NCBI GenBank assembly: GCA_964016885.1
Contig: OZ024740.1
Span: 189,844,001 to 189,908,000 of the forward strand
Direction: 5' to 3'
From: Eledone cirrhosa
Lineage: Eukaryota
DNA: 64,000 nucleotides
The position numbers were made by a program, and so were the translations under genes. The notes beneath the pieces were generated by a model. That model searched no databases and was not told the DNA's origin. It saw only the letters and a list, made by a program, of their open reading frames with translations. Numbering within the stretch: the stretch's first letter is position 1; every line of letters begins with the position of its first letter. Positions 1 through 12,277 of this stretch are shown here, piece after piece.

Positions 1-188
1 CAGTCTATACACCAGTCTCAATAGTATGCGTCGGCTGACATCCGCGGCCGAAATTGTGAACGATCTTGATCATTTCAAATGAATGAAACAGTTCTAGTAA
101 TATAGAAGCTTTTTCTAAATTAAATATTCGTTGTTCTCACTCTACTTACGTATTGAATACCGTATTTACTCTGATTCTACTCAGGGTC

Positions 189-190
<2 letters not shown>

Positions 191-247
<57 letters not shown>

Positions 248-254
248 AGACACA

Positions 255-340
<86 letters not shown>
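191..340. repeat. Compound (CA)n/(TA)n microsatellite, representative of dozens in the window
   Basis: Direct reading. These tracts generate the spurious [12 protein letters not shown] ORFs. Confidence 0.98.
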
Positions 341-428
341 CACACTAGCCTGTTGAAACGGAAATCCTTTAATCAAAAGAGTCTTGTGGTTCAACATTTA
401 GACCAAAACAAGAATTAGTAGTGTTAAG

Positions 429-545
429 ATAATTGTTTCTACTTTTGGCACACGGCCACCAATTAACCAGTACATTACTGGTATTTTATTTTATCGACCC
501 CGTAAGGATTAAAGGCAAAGTTAACCTCGGCAGGATTTGAACTCA
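429..545 (-). mobile_element. 5'-truncated tRNA-derived SINE (family A)
   Basis: Matches the copies at 14928-15113 and 17799-18406. 17-bp TSD agtagtgttaagataat at 417-433 and 545-561. Confidence 0.85.
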
Positions 546-1413
546 GTAGTGTTAAGATAATGGGACTATAACAGGAGAGGAAATTCCTGTACACTGAGCT
601 GATCGCTGGCTGTTGGTATAATTTAAGACAATGCAGTGCATAAGATCTAGGTCTATGACCTTACTTGGTGAAAGCAGGGGATATGTTTCAATCATATTAG
701 GCCATTTTCCACTGTGTTCATTGTCTCAGCAAACTGGTTGATTGCTACATTCAAATAGATAAAGTGAGTAGACAGAATATATGCGTTCATTTCGTGTGAA
801 CAAATGTTAAATCGAAAATGCCTAAATGGAGCTCTTTGAGTGAAATGTATACTTTCAAATAAAATCTTGCTGAAAACATCTTCATATGTGTATTCGTTTG
901 TATAAACGGTTTAACTCATATCTGCATTACTAAAATATCTCCTCTAATGGGGAACGCACTTCGAATCATATTAAGGTTTGGTTTGGAATCAGATTAATTA
1001 TAGAAATAAATAAATATGAATTCTACGCAACATGTAGTTTTACGTGTGTACAGAAGCACGAAGATGTCTTTTACCGTTGTGGAATTGGGGTTATTTAAAA
1101 AAATAACATAGCACCAAAACTCGACACAATAAACGTCGATTAAATGCAGATCGGTCTAAGGTAATGGATGGGCTGAATATAATTAGATAAGAACTTGAAA
1201 TGTCATGTGTAAGGTTGACTTTAGTGACAAAATAAAATAAATAAATATATCAATAATAAAAAAAATAGGCACACGCATCCATTCATACATTCATACATAC
1301 ATACATATAAATATATATCGGTAAAGAGGGAGACAAAGTGATGGTGATGTTGAAAGAAACAAATATATAAGAATAAACGGACACATACATACACATTCAC
1401 TTACACAAAATCA

Positions 1414-1456
<43 letters not shown>

Positions 1457-1563
1457 ATAATAATAAATTTGAAGACTAAAATCCAAAGAGGGTTCGATAA
1501 GGATAAATATATATCAAATATATAAGAACCGTAGAGTGAATATTTATTAAAATAACAGATTAA

Positions 1564-1614
1564 CGTTTAAGCAAGGAATCGCTGCTTTCACCCTTAACGG
1601 GAACTTCTGAAACT
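1564..1614 (-). ncRNA. Hammerhead-like motif, CAGAAG core variant (A9 mutated in this copy)
   Basis: Homologous to 5111-5161. Confidence 0.5.
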
Positions 1615-2534
1615 AACAAAGTCAATCTGTGAACGCAGAAGTGAATATTTCAAACAAACGTTGCAACCGGAGGAAGACACGAAGACGATACCTTTGTTCG
1701 TGGAAACGTTCCCTGGCAAAGAACGGGAAAAACGAATATAATACGTCATTATTTGGATCGGTGAAAAACAATTACACGCAGAGACGAAACCACGTTTATG
1801 GTATAAAAGAGGTCGGAGTCTATTATTCTATTAGGTGGTGCATAGAGACGTTCTCTGGCAATGAACGGAAAAAACGAAGAAAATACGTCATATCTGGGGC
1901 GGGGAGAACAATTGCGCACAAAGACAAAACAACGTAAATGGTATAACTGAAGTCGTAGACAAGAATTCTAACTAGGAAACCGAATGATTCTCGGCTTCAG
2001 AGTTAAGAATAAAGTAAATAAAATACAGAGGTAATTGAAATTAAATAAATACATACACGCATTCACAAGCATACGCGAAAACACTCGCCATAGGTATACA
2101 CATACACGCACGTACACAAAAAAACTGCACGCACTTACAGAACCCACGCAACGCCTGTACCCGCACGCATACGAATGTATGCACCAAGAACACATAAACA
2201 TACATATTAAAACAATATATATATATGTGTGTGTGTGTGCGTGCGTGTATATATATAATTAAATAAACGTATATAAATAAATAAATACGTATATAACAAG
2301 CGCACACACATACCTACATGTAAATACACATATGTTCGGAGACGTACGTCAATCAAAACACAAAGTACACATATACACACACCCTACGTACGTGGAACCC
2401 GCATACTCACACAAATGCAAAACTCACGTAAACACAACCAAAAGCATATGTACCAGAATATATAATATATACGCCATAACATATACAATCAAATATACGT
2501 ACCTTCACAAAACATACAGGTAATATATACTTAC

Positions 2535-4120
2535 CTATACAAATAAGTAGTGGTATAAACATAACATATACTTAGCTACCACATCAATAGTTAAACTATC
2601 CGCGTATATTTCGTACAATCCGTTAGTGTATAATGTGGGAATGTAATACAGGAAAGTTTTCTGCAATTTATGTTTACAAGCCGAAATTGCCTCAGATTTT
2701 TTGTTTAAGATGTGGTCTTTGGTGTAGAGTATTGCCAAGTCCTCGACCGCGCAGAGGTCACATGATCTTTTATTTCCGTTATACGATATAACCCTAGCTA
2801 GGATCTCCCAGTGTAACTTATATTGGGTGTGGTTGTCTTTTAGACTCCAGATATAAGCTGAAAGTGACGTCATATTCCTTCTCAAAGGTTAACGAAAAGA
2901 ATGTGCATGCATATAAAGACGGTGCTTGAATCTATTGGCGGTTAACCCTATGTAGGCCCTACGGGACGTGGGTGTTTCAACCTTACATTTGTAGACAATG
3001 TTACTAGAGAGGCATTCCCCGGATAGGGGGCCGTCAACCCGATTCCTACAATTACAGTTAGTACTAACTACAGGGTTGCACGTGTTCCTACGGCTAGGTA
3101 GTTTAGCTAAATTTGAAGCTGTGATGTTATGTGCAAGGTTAGGAGTCATAGAGTAAGACATTTTAATAGTATTTCTATTCAAAAGTTTACTATATTTATT
3201 TGTAGGGGGAAATGCTTCATAATAAGGGAGAGAAAGATCTTAGCTACTGGTGTGGCCACCTCCATATTATATGGTGGGTTATACCATATAATGCGTCGGG
3301 ATCTATTTCTTCTAGGTCTATTCTCGTACTCTGTATATGCTACCTTATCGACAAATGCACTCCGAGCAAGAGCTTTATTGTAATATGTGGAAGGTTGTTG
3401 AAAATATGCTCGTTAGTAGATAGATGGGAATGCCTCAAATAAACGTTTCTTACCAGGTTCTTGGTTATGCTGGCAGGATAGTTAGTATGCTTACTTATGT
3501 AATTAAGCGTATCATTCGACTTTCTATACGGGTAATGCAAGCCTTTCGATAAATTGAGGGTAACGTCGAGATAATTAACGACCGAGACGTTGGCCTCAAC
3601 CTGTATGGAGAGGTTGAAGCCTCTAAAGAAGGCTGTGAGTTCTTTTCTGAACCTGTCGCAAGCACGTGGGCCGCACTTAGTCATGGTCAAAAGACCATTA
3701 TCTCGGTACAAACCACCGCCCACGTTGGGGAATTCTTCCTTGATAGAGAAAAGAAATAAAAGGTCGATAAGATCAGTAACCTTCGCAGAATCGCTGGCGC
3801 CCATACTCACGTCGAATGGGGTAATATTAGATTTTTTAATCCAAATAGAGTCGTCGAAATTAATCACCGACTTACGGGCAGTGAGAATGACAACAACTTC
3901 GAAATCCTTTACCACTGTGAGTGTTTTAGCGAAATTGATAGCTCTAAGGAGAAGCGGTAAAGTGATGGAGGAGTAGTGATTATTGATGATAATTGGATAA
4001 AACGGCAATGTTCTTTGTTGCATATGCCGTTGAACCAATCAATCACCGCGAAAGAATTGTTCCACAGCGCAAGAGGGGCCAAACTTCTAATGTGAGGTAT
4101 AATTCAATCAATAATCCCTT
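2535..4120 (-). pseudogene. Disrupted PLE reverse transcriptase + GIY-YIG endonuclease
   Basis: ORF pieces contain FDVSMGASDSAKVTDL, GLYRDNGL, VNYLDVTLNL, CNCRNR..PLSGECLSSNIVYKC, YIGLTANRFKHR and CDLC...CKH, with frameshifts and stops. Confidence 0.88.
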
Positions 4121-4483
4121 TACTAAGTGTGGTAGCTAAGTATATGTTATGTTTATACCACTACTTATTTGTATGGGTAAGTATATATTACCTATATGTT
4201 TTGTGAAGGTACGTATACTTACTCGTACGTATATTTCATTGTATATATTATGGCGTAAATATTATATAATCTGGCACATATGCTTTTCGTTATGAGTATA
4301 CTTGTGTTTTGCATTTGTGTGAGTATGTGGGTTCGTACGTATATAGGGTGTGTGTATTTGTGTACTTTGTGTTTTTGTTGACGTGTTCTCCCAACATATG
4401 TGTATTTACATTAGGTATGTGTGTGCGCTTGTTATATACGTATTTATTTATTTACATACATTTATTTAATTATATGTATATAT

Positions 4484-4519
<36 letters not shown>

Positions 4520-5110
4520 TTTATATATATTTTTATGTGTATTTGGTGCATACATTCGTGTGCGTGCGGGTACAAGCGTTGCATGGGTTTTGTAAGTGGG
4601 TGCGGTTTTTTTTTTATTTGTGTACGTACGTGTATTTGTATACCTAGGGAGAGTGTTTTCGCGTATACTTATGTATGTACGTTTATGAATGCGTATATGT
4701 ATTCATTTAATTTCAATTACCTCTGTATTGTATTTACTTTATTCTTAACTCTGAAGCCGAGAAGCATTCGGTTTGCTAGTTAGAATTCTTTTCTACGACT
4801 TCAGTTATACCATTTACGTGGTTTTGTCTTTGCGCGCAATTGTTCTCCCCGCATGACGTATTTTTTTCGTGATTTTCCGTTCATTGCGAGAGAACGTCTC
4901 TATGAACCACCAAATAGAATATTACTCTACGACTTATTTCATACCATAAACGTGCTTTTGTCTTTGCGTGTAATTATTTTTTCACCGATCCAAATAATGA
5001 CGTATTATATTCGTTTTTTCCCGTTCTTTGCCAGGGAACGTTTCCACGAACCAAAGTATCGTCTTCCTGTCTTCAAATATTCACTTCTGCGCTCACAGAT
5101 TGACTTTGTT

Positions 5111-5161
5111 AGTTTCAGAAGATCCCGTTAAGTGTGAAAGCAGCGATTCTTTGCTTAAACT
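5111..5161 (+). ncRNA. Type I hammerhead-like motif with U4A core (CAGAAGA)
   Basis: agttt-CAGAAGA-stemII-GAAA-gca..tgc-TT-aaact. Stems I and III pair. It lies in the PLE pLTR. Confidence 0.6.
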
Positions 5162-5192
5162 TTAATCTGTTATTTAAAATATATATATATAT

Positions 5193-5607
5193 ATACTATT
5201 AATACAGCAGCACAGACTCCACTACAGCAATGAAGAGGCGGAATTTCAGGTCTCTACGAAGGTCCGACTTCCACACCGATCTCAAGCTGTGACACGCCGC
5301 CCAGGCCTTGCTCTTCCTCTCAACCACATCATCCTCCGCATTCCCAATCTTTGCTCCCAAATACAGGAAGTCCTCAACCAATTCCAGCGGCTTCCCGCCT
5401 ACATTAGTGATCCCCTCTGGCTTCTCAATATTCTCTAGAAGAGGAAGACCAAGGGTAACATATGTTGACGCCCTAAGGACAGACACTGGTCTGTTGGAGA
5501 TGCAGCATATGGCAGCGATAATGAGGGACAGAGACCGCTGGAGAGAACTCGTCCATGGATCTCGGGAATTTTACCCGCCTTAGATAGATAGATAGATACT
5601 ATTAATA
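5193..5607. mobile_element. RTE-superfamily LINE 3' fragment with 5' inversion
   Basis: Minus-strand LELVEDFLYLG..ESVLLY (about 5200-5432) is joined to plus-strand RGRPRVTYVD..(TAGA)n tail. 12-bp TSD atactattaata at 5193-5204 and 5596-5607. Confidence 0.8.
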
Positions 5608-5677
5608 ATGAGTTCAAAACTCAGGTAGTCCTTTATAATGAAATAGCTCAAAGAAAGAAGTATATCTGAGCCGTGTA

Positions 5678-5914
5678 ATACAAGTTAATATAAATTAATA
5701 TATTTGATAAACACAAATACCAACATATCCATGTTTGTATTTTAAACGACTAAGTTAGCTAGATTGAAAAATACTAATTATAATAATCGAGATAGGCAAA
5801 CTGTATTATTATAATTAGTACTTTTCAATCTAGCTAACTTAGTCGTTTACAATACAAACATCGATATGTTGGTATTTGTGTTTATCAAATATATTAATTT
5901 ATATTAACTTGTAT
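5678..5914. repeat. Near-perfect 110-bp inverted repeat with 17-nt loop
   Basis: 5678-5787 is the reverse complement of 5805-5914 with about 3 mismatches. Confidence 0.9.
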
Positions 5915-6029
5915 ATGTATATATATATACAGGGAGTGTAACGTAAAGTTACTGTAGTTTCCCCCAGGCGAGGACTCGATGTTTAGATGACGTCTTTAGA
6001 GAGGTGTAGAGCTAAACTGAGTGTAAATA

Positions 6030-6130
6030 TAATTGTTTCCACTTTAGGCACAAGGCCAGCAATTACCCAGTACATTACTGGTACTTTATTTTTTCGACCC
6101 CGTAAGGATGAAAGGCAAAGTTAACCTCCA
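6030..6130 (-). mobile_element. Truncated SINE family A
   Basis: Family match. 15-bp TSD gagtgtaaatataat at 6019-6033 and 6139-6153. Confidence 0.82.
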
Positions 6131-6146
6131 CGGTAACCGAGTGTAA

Positions 6147-6405
6147 ATATAATACAAGGACGATTTATTAAGCCCTCATTACGTTTATTGATTGCTGACG
6201 CACGTTTCGCTATTGATCAGATCAAGGTTCGATATGTATCGATCTGGCCAGATTCTGTCATTACAACACCAGAGGTTCGACCAGCACATGATTTCAGACT
6301 CGGGCCCGATCGATACAGATTGAACCTTGAGCTGATCAATAACGAAACTCACGTCACCAATCAACAAACCTAATGAAGGCTTAACACATCTTCCTTCTAT
6401 TATAT
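6147..6405. repeat. Long imperfect hairpin (MITE-like or hairpin-RNA-like)
   Basis: About 6147-6260 pairs with about 6290-6405, mostly with 1x1 mismatches. Confidence 0.8.
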
Positions 6406-6610
6406 ATATTCAATTAAGGTTAATAGTATGAAAAAGATACTACAGGTCATTCTTAAATTGAGGAATTTATGTGGAGTGGTGCTAGTGAAATTTATGGTTA
6501 GATTAGACAGTTTACAAATAAACAGACTTATGTAGGTTGGCTTGCACTACACCCCCCCCCCCTCACACACACATATACATATATATATATATATAGTTTT
6601 AATATAGATG

Positions 6611-6661
6611 AGATTCTACAGGACTAGAACTGTTTCATTCTTTAGAAATCATCAGGAATCT
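6611..6661 (-). ncRNA. Type I hammerhead ribozyme
   Basis: Exact reverse complement of 7027-7077. Confidence 0.8.
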
Positions 6662-7026
6662 GGGTATCAAAAAATAAAAATGGTATTTATAGGTCTCTAC
6701 AAGTGGTAGGAGAGGGTGGGGAGTGGGATGGGTGTAGGTCAATTATATCTACCATGACTGACCCCCCCACTGATTTTATAGACATCTGTTAGCTTAAGAG
6801 AAACTTAATGACAAGGAATGGTATGCCATCCGGAACCTGTTTATAGAACTCTGTCTGCCTTTGTTACTCTAAAAACATAAATAAATAAAAATAAACTATA
6901 GCTTTGTAGAATTAGCTTTTAATGAATTCCCTTTTCTATCAACCAATGACCTACACCCATCCCACTCCCCACCCTCTCCGACCACTTGTAGAGACCTATA
7001 AATACCATTTTTATTTTTTGATACCC

Positions 7027-7077
7027 AGATTCCTGATGATTTCTAAAGAATGAAACAGTTCTAGTCCTGTAGAATCT
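7027..7077 (+). ncRNA. Type I hammerhead ribozyme
   Basis: agattc-CTGATGA-t ttct aa agaa t-GAAA-cag ttctagtc ctg-TA-gaatct. Canonical core, GUA cleavage triplet, 6-bp stem I. Confidence 0.82.
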
Positions 7078-7159
7078 CATCTATATTAAAACTTTTATAC
7101 TCTGCTATGTATTGAGTACCTTACTTACTGTGGTTACCTCCGATTCAACCCGGAATATC

Positions 7160-7209
<50 letters not shown>

Positions 7210-7390
7210 GCGTGTATATATAAACATACATACATACACATAACCACACACACATACGCACACACACAAACTCACACACACACACACCCACAAACTCACA
7301 CACACACACACCCACAAACTCACACACACACACACACACACTTACACACACACACATACACACACATACACACACACGCACACACACACA

Positions 7391-7444
<54 letters not shown>

Positions 7445-8689
7445 CTTCAATCGATATCATATCTGAAAAGTTAGAATCTCTCTTCTCTGTTATCTTTAGA
7501 GTGACACAGGTGTTGGTTGTTTATTAAAATGTATAAAAATGGAAACAAAGAGAAAGTAAATTACACAAACATGGGTAAAAAATTGTTTGGCGAGAAATAT
7601 TCATATCAGTATTCGCTCCACTGCGTACTTCAGTTAATCGATATAAAATCTAATCATTGTTATATATTTTTAAATGCCAGACTAATTAGTCAAGCTAAGT
7701 CATTGATGAGAAAAGGAAATCGTTGTCAGTTGATTACATTTCTTGTTTTATTACGTGTCTTGAGGCAACAGGCACTGTAAATCTCCTTCTGATTTAGGTC
7801 CTTGAAACACGTGATTTCAATTCCCGAGAAGCTTAGATTCTATATAGAATTATTGTGACTATAGATAAACATTCTAAACAGTAGGGTATATCTGACTCCT
7901 TAATAGAAATCACTATCATTCCTGCCCGGTAAATATGAAAGTTTGGGTTTCAGTCCCACTGGTGTTAATATCCGTATTTCGGTTAAGAGGTCTAATATGC
8001 CCTATTGTTTAAACTACGTCTCTATAGTAAACAAATAAAAAACTAAAAAATCCAGTACTCGTAGGATGTGTCGAGATGAAATCAAATACCGAAATCATAT
8101 ACTTTCCCTGTCACTTTAGTTTCCTTTCTGTTTCTCTCATCCCTTCATTCTTTCTCTATCTGTCTTACCCAATCCACAATATATGCTTAAAGTAGGTTCC
8201 TTGATAATCCCCTCCATTTACAACTGTACAAATCTTCTCATTCGTAATTTGGATTGTAATCCCTTCTCCCGAATACATGTAGTATCTATACTTGGTATAA
8301 TTGTTGTAATTCATGCACTTATTCTTTACGGTTTCGTCAGTGTATATCATATTTTGATTCAGAATCGCTCTATATACCAAAGTTTGTACATTAAATTTGT
8401 CAGAAAAAGTAATGCTTATTGTAGAAATGCGGTACACAGAGCCAGGAATATCAACAACTTTTCTTCTTCCATGCTAATCTATTTTCTTTCTGATACACTA
8501 CAATGACAGACACGCAATGCATACGAAATGACATTATCTAATGTAGTCAGCTGATGTAGTGTGTGCTACGTAATTGTACAGAAACATATGTTAAACATCG
8601 AACACAATAAATTCTTCTTCTTTTCACATCTTCCTATTATTCTCTGATATTTTTCTCAGTACCATATCTATACTTATATCGTTGCTTTA

Positions 8690-9090
8690 GTGCAGTCTGT
8701 GCTGCTGGACACTGACCAGGAAACTAACTCAGATGGTGGATGGGTGCTACACAAGAATGCTGTGGATGGCTCTGAAGACTAATCAGTATAAACTGAGGAT
8801 GAAGAACGCAGAGCTGTACGGGAGCCTCCCAAAAGTCTGCTCGAGAGTAGCACAGAGAAGACTGAGTCTAGCTGGACATGCTCAGTGACATCCAGAGTTG
8901 ACACTGCACTCAGTACTCCTGTGGGAGCCCCTATATGGACACACTGGAAGAGGGAGACAGAGGTTGAGATATGTTGATGCCCTAACGACAGACACTGGTC
9001 TCTTGGAGACGCAGGTCATGGCAACGATGATAAGGGACAGAGACCGCTGGAGAGAACTCGTCCATGGATCTCGAGAATTTTACACGCCCC
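8690..9090 (+). mobile_element. RTE-superfamily LINE 3' fragment, same family as 5193-5607
   Basis: Reads ...DGCYTRML...LLWEPLYGHTGRGRQRLRYVD. The 3' end is nearly identical to 5440-5580. Confidence 0.78.
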
Positions 9091-9118
9091 ATATATATAG
9101 AGAGATAGATGTAGGTAT

Positions 9119-9151
<33 letters not shown>

Positions 9152-9152
<1 letters not shown>

Positions 9153-9292
9153 ACGAAGGAAGTGTGGTAAGGAACCAGGTGGACCATAATGTGGAATAGT
9201 GTCAGGACTCCGGCGGCTGAGCTCCGGCCGTTTCGCCACCTAGTTCTGAACTAGGGAAATGGCCGGAGCTCAGCCTTCGTGGTCCTGACTCT
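9152..9292 (-). mobile_element. Small fold-back element in (TA)n
   Basis: GC-rich hairpin at 9201-9289. Left end is homologous to 36008-36046 and the arm to 11415-11448. Confidence 0.6.
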
Positions 9293-9354
9293 TATATATA
9301 TATATACACAAAAAGTGAAATTAAGAATTGTAGCTTTTTGTAAACTTTATTACA

Positions 9355-9875
9355 TACGAGCAGAGGTACCCAGCTTCGCCAGGTTTACGGCAGAAGTGAA
9401 AACGTCTGTATTGAATGCATTGTCTTGTTAACAGTGTGTGTGTGTATATGTGTATGTATGTTAGTGTGTATTTGTGTATATATATATATATATACATGTG
9501 TGTGTGTGTATATATATATATATGTGTGTGTGTGCCTGTGTGAGTGTTCGTGTGTGTGTGCGTTGTGTGTGTGTGTGTGTGTAAACCACAGTTGGAATCA
9601 GAGACATAGGCCGCGAAACACGCTCATCACTGACAACGAACTCGGAGAGAGAATCCCTTATGGTGGATTCCCAACCTGCTAGAAATAGCAGTTAGGTTGG
9701 TTAGCATACGTGGTATGTCTTTCTTCTTCTTTGGTGTTATAACATTAGTATCAATAAACTTTCCTGGATATACTCTTATCCAAATCCTTACATACTTTCC
9801 GATTCTCACTTTTCGTTTCTTTCGTGTGATACGCGAAACAACCAACCAACACACTCTCTCTCTCTCTTATATCTC
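9355..9875 (+). mobile_element. Possible non-autonomous Helitron/Helentron-like element
   Basis: The start cgagcagaggtacccagcttcgccagg resembles the ACTAG..ACCCGGCTTCGCCCGG terminus of such elements. Internal microsatellite and (CT)n end. Confidence 0.3.
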
Positions 9876-10569
9876 TTTATTTGTTCATTCAAAATATTTT
9901 CCAGCTAATTCTGTCGTACAATATACATCAGCAATCGTTATCTAATGTTTAAAACATATGATTAGCTGCGATATATGCACCATATGAATCAAAAAACGAT
10001 ATGAGAATTGTAAGCTTGCTAAGAACATGCAGATAGAAATCTTAATAAATACATTTGGCTTGCGTCAATTTTAAGATGTTCTTTCATTGTAGGTTTCTTT
10101 TCTCAGCCAGTACGTTAAAGAAAATTGATAGTTACAACAATAAAGGTTGAACAGGGAACACATTTTTTAACAATCTTTAGAATAATTACATTGTTAGAGC
10201 CTTAGAGTATACAATATTTTTTGTTCGACCGTCGGGAGCAAAAATGAATAGATTGTTTGGCGAACTCACCCTAGAGCATCCTACCTACAATTGACCATGG
10301 TTTTCCCAGTTGAAGGCCAGCTACTTTTAGGGTTTGACCCTGAGCTTTGTTGATGGTAATCGCGAACATTAGTCTCTTTGTTGCTCTAGTAACATGTTTT
10401 CTTCTGGAAAATCTGATCTTGCAGCCAGGCTATGACATTTTGGGTGACATATCGGCAGTGACAATGACGATAAGCCGTCTGTGCTTTCGTGAAATAAATA
10501 GGTTTGTTTATATTTTGTTTTTGTGTATGAAAAAATATATGTATGCGAATATATAATTATATATATATT

Positions 10570-10730
10570 TTAAAATAACAGATTAAAGTTTAAGCAAAGA
10601 ATCGCTGCTTTCACCCTTAACGGGATCTTCTGAAACTAAAAAAAAAAAAATGTGAACGCAGAAGTAAATATTTCGAAACACTTTGCAACCGAAAGAAAAC
10701 AAGAAGATGATACTTTGGTTCGTGAAGACG
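10570..10730 (-). mobile_element. Solo pLTR fragment of the 1453-5178 PLE, with U4A HHR at 10587-10637
   Basis: High identity to 1548-1710. Confidence 0.8.
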
Positions 10731-12242
10731 TTAGGAATATCGTATAATCGGAAGTGTTGACATTTGAACATTTTAAAGAAGTGCATATTTAAATAATGTC
10801 TTTAATCTTTTAACAAAATTCAGTAGACAAAAATGCCCTCACTTTCTTAGTTGGAAAAAGTTACATCTATGGTGCAAATTTGGTGCTGTTTGGTCCAGCC
10901 GCTTGGCGGAATGTTTGTTACTTACATACGGCCGTCAGCTTTATAGTATATATTACAATTTGTTTCCAGATCGATCAGATCGAGTTTTATCATGTGATAG
11001 GATCCCGACTCTTATTGGACACTTCTACAGATATGAGAACTCTCATATATATATTTATTAAATATATATATATCATCAATTTAAGCATCTAAGTATCATC
11101 AGCTTCATTAGCCACGTACACCAAACACTCACATACGAGCACACAAAATGACATGCAATTCACACTCCCCATAAAATTCATCAATAACACACAGACATAA
11201 AACCAAATTTAGTACAGCATCACAAATAGATTTTCAAATTCTATTACTGCGTACTAGACAAGCTATTTTAAAATGTCATGGCCAAGATAAAAATTATTTT
11301 TTGCCACTCAAAAAAGCACAATGTATATATTTTGGTTTATACATGAATGTTAAAAATACTAATGCATTTGAAACATACATTACATTACACACAGACATAC
11401 ACATACATAACAGTCAAAACGGCCCTAGCTCAGCCGTCGGAGTCCTGAATCTTTTCATTTAAACATATATATATTGTGGTCTTTCAGGACGCGTACTGCA
11501 GACTATCAATATATGTATATATATATGTATATATATATATTATTAGAAAGTGAGGTTTTTTTGTTTTTTTTACAAAATGAAAAATAACCGTGGTGTCCTA
11601 CACGAGTGTTAGTATAAGGAACAAAATATGAAATCGAAAATGCAACTGGAGCCTTATTTAAAACAATATATATATATATTTATTTGGTTCCTTTACCGGT
11701 TTTGCAGTTCTTCTGCTTTTCAAAAGTAGAGTTGAGATGGAGGGTCTGTGGATTTTCTCACATCTGGTTGGTCTTTGAATGTTACTTGTTTTATATGCAA
11801 AAAAGTTGCTTGAAACGCCAGGTTTTTAGAGAAGTAATTTGATTGGTTGGTCAATAATTATAATAAATTTCGCGCCAGGTCACGTTACAAAGTTCTTCAA
11901 ACACTTGCTCAGGTTGTTTTTTCATATATGAGTGTTTGAATTTCTTTTTACTTAAAACAATGGGGGCTCACGAAGTCTTTTTTTTAATAAACGTAATTTG
12001 ATTGGTTATAAATGAAATTATGGTTGTCACGTGAACAAGTTTTCATTAAATTTCGCACCCGTATTTTGAAATTTATTCTGTAGCCTTTTTAGAGAATTTT
12101 ATAACAAGCAAAAGATAATGGTCAAGAGAAATGGGGTGGGAGAATTGTTCTGGTTCAGGAATATGGTTAGATCGCTAGGGTGTCAGAATTCAGATTTTCT
12201 ATTGAAATAAAGAAAGTAAGATATGTATGTTTATTTGTGTGC

Positions 12243-12277
<35 letters not shown>

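Larger units (their letters stand above)
1453..5178 (-). mobile_element. Penelope-like element (Naiad-like) with inverted pseudo-LTRs
   Basis: About 1540-2590 is the reverse complement of about 4125-5178, flanking a minus-strand RT/GIY-YIG remnant. Both ends abut (TA)n. Confidence 0.88.
6596..7160 (+). mobile_element. Non-coding PLE-pLTR-like element with 146-bp inverted arms, each holding an HHR
   Basis: 6596-6741 is the reverse complement of 6947-7092. Flanked by (TA)n on both sides. A diverged relative lies at about 60-190. Confidence 0.8.
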
